Virus record (IMG/VR): IMGVR_UViG_3300029258_004075
Source: an uncultured virus (IMG/VR IMGVR_UViG_3300029258_004075)
Lineage: Duplodnaviria; Heunggongvirae; Uroviricota; Caudoviricetes
DNA length: 64,000 nucleotides
Strand: one strand, 5' to 3'
A program made the translations under genes and the position numbers. Positions within the stretch are counted from its first letter, which is position 1. Every line of letters starts with the position of its first letter. Shown here in pieces: positions 58,988 to 64,000 of this stretch. The notes below the pieces were generated by a model that saw only the letters and a list, made by a program, of their open reading frames with translations, was not told where the DNA came from and did no database searches.

Positions 58988-59801
58988 ACTTAAACCACAT
59001 CAAGTGAACAACCGAATGCTCTTCACCAAATCAACAACTAATAATCCTAAACGCCTTCAAGAACAATGCACTAAACAGCAACAATTCAGAGAACGAATCC
59101 AATCAACACCGCTCCACTATATCTTTGATGTACCAAAAGTCTATGATATTCACCAAACTCAATCATCTTTCTCATTTGATATGCAATACATCAATGCTCA
59201 TTCAATCATATCAATCCTTGAAAAAAGGAGCATCACCAAAATCCAATCAATCACAAATAATATTTTTCATTTCCTTGACTACTTATTCAAAATTAGTGAA
59301 ACTCGACCATTCAATCCACAGCAAATCCAAAAGAAAATCGGTGAAATAAATAAGAAGACAAACCACGAATATCACTATTTGACAGAACCAACATATACCC
59401 TATCTCAATCACTAAAAGGAGAACTCTATCACCAAGGTCTCTGTCATGGTGACCTCACTCTATCAAATATGCTCTTCTCTGATAAAATCTACCTCATTGA
59501 CCTAGATATTCCATTCATTGAAACACCACTCCAAGATATCGGAAAACTCTACCAAGAAATATCACTGAAATGGTCATATTTGATGTCACCAGGAATCCGA
59601 GACCAAACGAAAGTCTTCATTGGTTATGATTATCTTTCAACACTGATGGATAAGATAATTGAGAAACTCATTTTTAGATACAATATCAACCGTAGAATAC
59701 TCCATCTCTTCAAAGCAATGACACTTGTTAGATTATTACCTTATACAAAAGATGAACACATGAAAGAAATAATATCATCAAAAATAGAGGAAATCATATG
59801 A
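58962..59801 (+). CDS. APH/choline-kinase-like phosphotransferase
   Basis: GYSG; HGDLTLSN; LID; TTG start after AGGAGGT. Confidence 0.75.
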   Translation: MLNGYSGFELKPHQVNNRMLFTKSTTNNPKRLQEQCTKQQQFRERIQSTPLHYIFDVPKVYDIHQTQSSFSFDMQYINAHSIISILEKRSITKIQSITNNIFHFLDYLFKISETRPFNPQQIQKKIGEINKKTNHEYHYLTEPTYTLSQSLKGELYHQGLCHGDLTLSNMLFSDKIYLIDLDIPFIETPLQDIGKLYQEISLKWSYLMSPGIRDQTKVFIGYDYLSTLMDKIIEKLIFRYNINRRILHLFKAMTLVRLLPYTKDEHMKEIISSKIEEII

Positions 59802-60889
59802 AAAAACATCTAATACTCCCAATCGCAGGTCAATCAACTAGATACCCTCAAGATATACCAAAATATTTCCTCAAACATCCTAAAGGAACATATATGCTCA
59901 CTGAAGCAATCCGAGGTGTCAATCCATCAAGATTCAATTCAATTGTACTCATCGGTCTAAAAGAACACGAACAAAAATATCAATCAATAACTAAATGTGC
60001 AGAAGAAATCTATAATGAATATCATCTCAGAAAAGGTCAAGTGCTCCGAGCTGAACTCTGTGAACCTACCAAATCACAACCAGAAACCATCTATAAAGGA
60101 ATCAACCTTGTAAAGATACCAAACCCTGACGGTATCTTCATTAAAGATTGTGATGGTTATTTTACCCTTGATGATATCAATTGGAATCAGAACTTTGTTA
60201 CTGTTGCCGACCTCAACACCATTGAAACTATCAATGCAGGGAACAAATCATACATTGAACTCAATGAAAACAACACCATTGGTAACATCGTTGAAAAACA
60301 GGTCATCTCCAACCTATTCTCAGTAGGTGGATACTACTTTAGAAGAACTGAAGACTTCAAGAAAACCTACACCTATCTCAGTGGTCACAAATCACTCTAC
60401 GTTTCTCATATCATCTATCAGATGCTCACAGAAAATAAAACCTTCTTCTCCATCAAAACACCAATCTACAATGATTGGGGAACTATCAATGATTGGACTC
60501 AATACAAAACTCAACTCTCAGAACAGAAATCCATAGTCATTGATGTTGACAATACTCTATGTGTAACAGATTCTTCAATTCCATACAGTCAAAGAGAACC
60601 AAAACAAAAGGTAATCAAAAAACTCCAAGAATATCAAAAAAAGGGATACTATATCATTATTGAAACAGGTCGGCAGATGAGGACACATAAGAAGAATATT
60701 GGAGTCATCAATGCTCAAACCCTACCAACACTCATCAACTGGCTCAACAAACACAATGTTCCCTATGATGAAATTCATATTGGCAAACCTTGGCAGGGAA
60801 AAGAAGGATTCCGAGTTGATGATAAAACCATCCGACCTAATGAGTTCATCACTCTATCTGAAAAAGAAATCAAGGAGTTGATATCATAA
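59798..60889 (+). CDS. sugar nucleotidyltransferase fused to HAD capsule-biosynthesis phosphatase
   Basis: PIAGQSTRY..PK; DWGT; DVDNTL; GKPW...DDK. Confidence 0.8.
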   Translation: MKKHLILPIAGQSTRYPQDIPKYFLKHPKGTYMLTEAIRGVNPSRFNSIVLIGLKEHEQKYQSITKCAEEIYNEYHLRKGQVLRAELCEPTKSQPETIYKGINLVKIPNPDGIFIKDCDGYFTLDDINWNQNFVTVADLNTIETINAGNKSYIELNENNTIGNIVEKQVISNLFSVGGYYFRRTEDFKKTYTYLSGHKSLYVSHIIYQMLTENKTFFSIKTPIYNDWGTINDWTQYKTQLSEQKSIVIDVDNTLCVTDSSIPYSQREPKQKVIKKLQEYQKKGYYIIIETGRQMRTHKKNIGVINAQTLPTLINWLNKHNVPYDEIHIGKPWQGKEGFRVDDKTIRPNEFITLSEKEIKELIS

Positions 60890-60915
60890 TATCAAAATGG
60901 CTTGGAAAAGTAAAG

Positions 60916-61179
60916 GTGTGGCAACAACGTCTCTCAACCTATGTTGCAATGATTAACTTTGTCATGGTATTCTATCTTTACATCATAGAATCACCATTAG
61001 GTCTTGAATGGTATCATTGGTTAATAATGATATCAGTTGGTGTATCACTAATTGTTTTTATTGATACTCTTTACATTATGCCTCACTCTTATAGTTATAC
61101 ATTTGAAAAGAACCCTGAATTCCAAGAACTCAAACAAGATGTGAAAGAAATAAAGAAAATAATTGAGGAAAAACAATGA
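60916..61179 (+). CDS. small 2-TM membrane protein
   Basis: Hydrophobic segments; start may lie further upstream. Confidence 0.6.
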   Translation: MWQQRLSTYVAMINFVMVFYLYIIESPLGLEWYHWLIMISVGVSLIVFIDTLYIMPHSYSYTFEKNPEFQELKQDVKEIKKIIEEKQ

Positions 61180-61354
61180 ATATAAAATGTCCATACTGTA
61201 AAAAGAAATTCCACTATTTTGTTAATGGGGACGCACATAGAATCCTTGCAGAACAGCGACTGAAAAAGCACATACATAAACATCATTCAGAGGAGAAATA
61301 GTACAAACAAAAACCTTTATAACCTACAAATATCATATAATTAGTTGATATCTT

Positions 61355-61591
61355 ATGAAAAGAATGACATTTTTTAATGAACTACGAAATATGAACAAAA
61401 AAATAACGAAAATGAACAATGACCTTAGCCAGAAACCTGATAGCAAACTAATTAAAGGATATCAAAAAGCAATGAAAGACTACAATGAAACAGGCGAAGA
61501 GCAGATAAAGATAGCAGCGGAAATAATCAAGAAAGAACTAGACAGAAGAAAGATTGATGTTGATGATAGTGATGTCAGCAAGAAGGAGTAA
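61355..61591 (+). CDS. hypothetical protein
   Basis: TATA-like element upstream. Confidence 0.6.
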   Translation: MKRMTFFNELRNMNKKITKMNNDLSQKPDSKLIKGYQKAMKDYNETGEEQIKIAAEIIKKELDRRKIDVDDSDVSKKE

Positions 61592-61760
61592 GCCGTCAAG
61601 GAGAAGGAGAACAAAACAAGGTCTTTCTTCTAGAAGAGCATTAGTAAGAGGTCGTATAAATACAAGGAAACCAGCGCAGAGTAAATCTCTTGTTCCATCT
61701 AATAAGAACAAAAAATCACTTTACAGAAAGGCATTGGAAAAAGAGAAGAGAAGGAAATAA
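61572..61760 (+). CDS. Arg/Lys-rich basic protein
   Basis: MSARRSKPSRRRR. Confidence 0.5.
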   Translation: MSARRSKPSRRRRTKQGLSSRRALVRGRINTRKPAQSKSLVPSNKNKKSLYRKALEKEKRRK

Positions 61761-61938
61761 GAATTTCTTCAAATGATATTATGGAAGAGAGAAAGCCGAA
61801 TTTAGGAAAGAAGTTGTGTCAAATATGCCGACACTTCAAACCCCGCTCTGAACTAAAAGCAAGTCCTCATGGGTTAATATGCAAGGAGTGTAGAGAAAAA
61901 AGAAAACAAGAACACGACTCTTTGTGAAGGAATGAAAG

Positions 61939-62976
61939 ATGAATATAGCACTCTTTTCCACAAAATCAAACAATCATTCTTTCTTCGTTAAAAACATCAC
62001 AGAGCACTTACAACCAGAACATAACATACACATTATTACACCAGATGAATTTAATGTCCCTGATTGTAGCATTGTGGATAATACGAACCTTATGTCTCTT
62101 ATTCATCGTTTTTTTGGTAATACTATATCGTTAGAACAGCTTATATACAATATTAAACTTGACAGTGAATATAAGAAATTTAAAAAGTATGATGTGTTGT
62201 GGAATACAGGAGGGGTGTTTTCTGCTTTATTCTGCGGAAAGCTCTCTAAAAAGTATAATATCCCATACATTGTTACCTATTATCGACCAACAACCCCATC
62301 AATGCTATTAACAGCCAGCACACAGCCTAATGCTTTTATAACATCAAACCAACGACAACAATTTTATGTTGAATTGCATAACCCATCACTCTCAGTACAC
62401 ACCATTCCTCCTGGTATTGAGTTAAATCACTTTTCGGTTACAAAAACACACCCATCACTTAAGCATGTTAAACACCCTATCTTTTTAACTCGAGACCCAC
62501 TATACAAACATAATAAAACAGAAAACATCATACAAGCAATCTCCAGGTTAGATAAAGGAACACTCGTCGTTGCATCAGAAGGTCCTGAATCACGGTACAT
62601 CAAAGCACTTGGTGAATGGCTTTTAGGCGAAGAGCGCTTTGTGTTTCTTGAACCGCAACTTTACAATCATAGTTCGCCTCTTTATAGTAGTGCAGATATT
62701 TACATTACGACTTTAGAAAGCGAAGATTATCCAAGATATGCTCTTGAAGCGTTAGCATCAAACATTCCTGTTATATACAATCAGAACGACAATCACTCTT
62801 GGTTTATAGATGATGGGGGAATACCCGTGGATACAAACGATGAAGAAACCTTTGCCAAAAGAATTAATACAGCACTCTATATGGAATGGAAAGATAAGCC
62901 AAAAAAACGGGTAGAGAAGTTTAGTGTTGATAGGGCGGTAGAGCAATATAACAAGCTTTTGGATGGTTTTGCATGA
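61939..62976 (+). CDS. glycosyltransferase family 4 (GT-B)
   Basis: IPPGIE; EDYPRYALEALAS. Confidence 0.75.
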   Translation: MNIALFSTKSNNHSFFVKNITEHLQPEHNIHIITPDEFNVPDCSIVDNTNLMSLIHRFFGNTISLEQLIYNIKLDSEYKKFKKYDVLWNTGGVFSALFCGKLSKKYNIPYIVTYYRPTTPSMLLTASTQPNAFITSNQRQQFYVELHNPSLSVHTIPPGIELNHFSVTKTHPSLKHVKHPIFLTRDPLYKHNKTENIIQAISRLDKGTLVVASEGPESRYIKALGEWLLGEERFVFLEPQLYNHSSPLYSSADIYITTLESEDYPRYALEALASNIPVIYNQNDNHSWFIDDGGIPVDTNDEETFAKRINTALYMEWKDKPKKRVEKFSVDRAVEQYNKLLDGFA

Positions 62977-63251
62977 ACACAGGAAAAATATTAGAGTTTA
63001 GTGGCGGTACATGTATAGCAATTGTCCTTATACTTATAGGCTTTCATACGGCAAATGTTGTGTGGTTGTTTGCCGGTATCATTATTGGTATCTTTAGTTT
63101 ATGCTTGATAGGTACTCCTGCACACCCAATCGAAAGAGAATTAGTAGCAGAATGCCCTTCATGTCACGCTTTGTATGAGTTTCAGGAAGAACATTTTGAT
63201 AGACCAATCAATTGTCCAAACTGCAATGCAAAACAGATTATAGAAAGATAG
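62973..63251 (+). CDS. membrane protein with Zn ribbon
   Basis: 2 TM; CPSC...CPNC. Confidence 0.65.
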   Translation: MNTGKILEFSGGTCIAIVLILIGFHTANVVWLFAGIIIGIFSLCLIGTPAHPIERELVAECPSCHALYEFQEEHFDRPINCPNCNAKQIIER

Positions 63252-63307
63252 AAGAAAATCTAAAACATTAAATATTGAGGACACATTATTTAGTTTTGGT
63301 GAGCGTG

Positions 63308-64000
63308 GTGAAAACAATATTCGCGGAAAAATATCGACCTCAAACATTAGAAGACGTTGCTGGGCAAGAAGAGGCAGTAAAAAGCTTAAAAGGATTTATT
63401 GAGCATGATAAAATCCCTCATATGCTCTTTACAGGACCTGCTGGTGTCGGCAAGACAACCGCTGCGATAGCACTTGCGAAGGATTTGTTTGGGAAAGAAT
63501 GGAAAAAATACTTTTTAGAAATGAATGCTAGTGATGATAACGGTATCAAAACGATTAGAGAAAAGGTAAAGAATTACGCAAGAATTAAAGTTGTTGAGCG
63601 TGATTATAAACTCATCTTTATGGATGAAGCGGACAACATGTGCTTAACAGAAGACACAGAAATCATTACTGGTTCTCTAAAGAATAAAAAAATTAGAAAG
63701 CTTGGTGATATGATTGTTGGTCGTTCTATTATGATTCCTTCTGTCAATCCAGAAACATTACGGCTGGAAGATGATAGAGGAAAATTAATAGACTCAGGCT
63801 ATACAGATTTTTATAGAGTAACATTTGAAGATGGGTCTATTGTACAAGCATCTGCTAATCACCCATTCTTTAAAATAAAAAATGATGCGCTATCACAAAT
63901 AAAATTAGAAGATTTATCTATTGGTGATTCAATAGTTGAAGTGGATGAAAAAGTGTTTAGAAGATGTCCTATTTGTGGAAAAAGAACATTCAATAAAAAT
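63308..64000 (+). CDS. rfcS: replication factor C small subunit (partial, intein-containing)
   Basis: EKYRPQTL; GPAGVGKTT; EMNASD; DEAD; runs off the window end. Confidence 0.9.
   Translation, partial: MKTIFAEKYRPQTLEDVAGQEEAVKSLKGFIEHDKIPHMLFTGPAGVGKTTAAIALAKDLFGKEWKKYFLEMNASDDNGIKTIREKVKNYARIKVVERDYKLIFMDEADNMCLTEDTEIITGSLKNKKIRKLGDMIVGRSIMIPSVNPETLRLEDDRGKLIDSGYTDFYRVTFEDGSIVQASANHPFFKIKNDALSQIKLEDLSIGDSIVEVDEKVFRRCPICGKRTFNKN
63641..64000 (+). mobile_element. intein in RFC (partial)
   Basis: CLTEDTEI (block A) directly after DEADNM; ASANHPFF (block B). Confidence 0.85.

Larger units (their letters stand above)
1..64000 (+). mobile_element. Segment of a large archaeal virus or extrachromosomal element
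   Basis: Genes on one strand only; mostly short hypothetical ORFs; own archaeal-type replication genes (MCM, PCNA, RFC, primase, XPF); GGTGA/GAGGTG RBS; no ribosomal or central metabolic genes. Confidence 0.8.

Noticed and set aside
1..64000. Minus-strand ORFs in the track (e.g. 28574-29335, 34520-34966)
   Set aside because: All overlap better-supported + strand genes and have F/L/S/I-rich antisense-shadow composition.
1..64000. Borg-type element
   Set aside because: No perfect tandem direct-repeat arrays or multiheme cytochrome genes seen; cannot be assigned from this window.
1..64000. tRNA, rRNA, capsid, terminase or portal genes
   Set aside because: No recognisable motifs; divergent structural genes could still hide among the hypotheticals.

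Overview
An AT-rich, gene-dense segment with essentially every credible gene on the + strand. It is most consistent with a large archaeal virus or extrachromosomal element: RBSs are GGTGA/GAGGTG, promoters look like BRE-TATA, and there are MCM-, PCNA-, RFC-, PriS/L-, XPF- and AglB-like genes. No capsid, integrase, tRNA, rRNA or CRISPR was recognised. Five blocks: (1) ~1-24.6 kb, an array of ~60 short ORFs. 37 of them share an N-terminal peptide tag (M-x-K-[KR]-[TVI]-P-I-I-D-I-N-T-G and variants) fused to mostly unrelated bodies, interspersed with Arg-rich peptides, HExxH proteases and ParB-, TGT/NTase- and ART-like genes. (2) 24.9-31 kb, membrane proteins plus a P-loop ATPase. (3) 31.0-33.9 kb, a cassette-like array of tiny ORFs whose ends coincide with the 8-mer TAGCATAA, containing a candidate structured RNA and a signal peptidase. 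(4) 34-50.7 kb, DNA replication, recombination and repair. (5) 50.9-63 kb, AglB plus a probable sulfated uronic-acid glycan pathway, followed by an intein-containing RFC small subunit cut by the window end. Several genes appear to start at non-canonical ATT/ATA/ATC codons. All family calls come from motif recognition by eye, not database searches.
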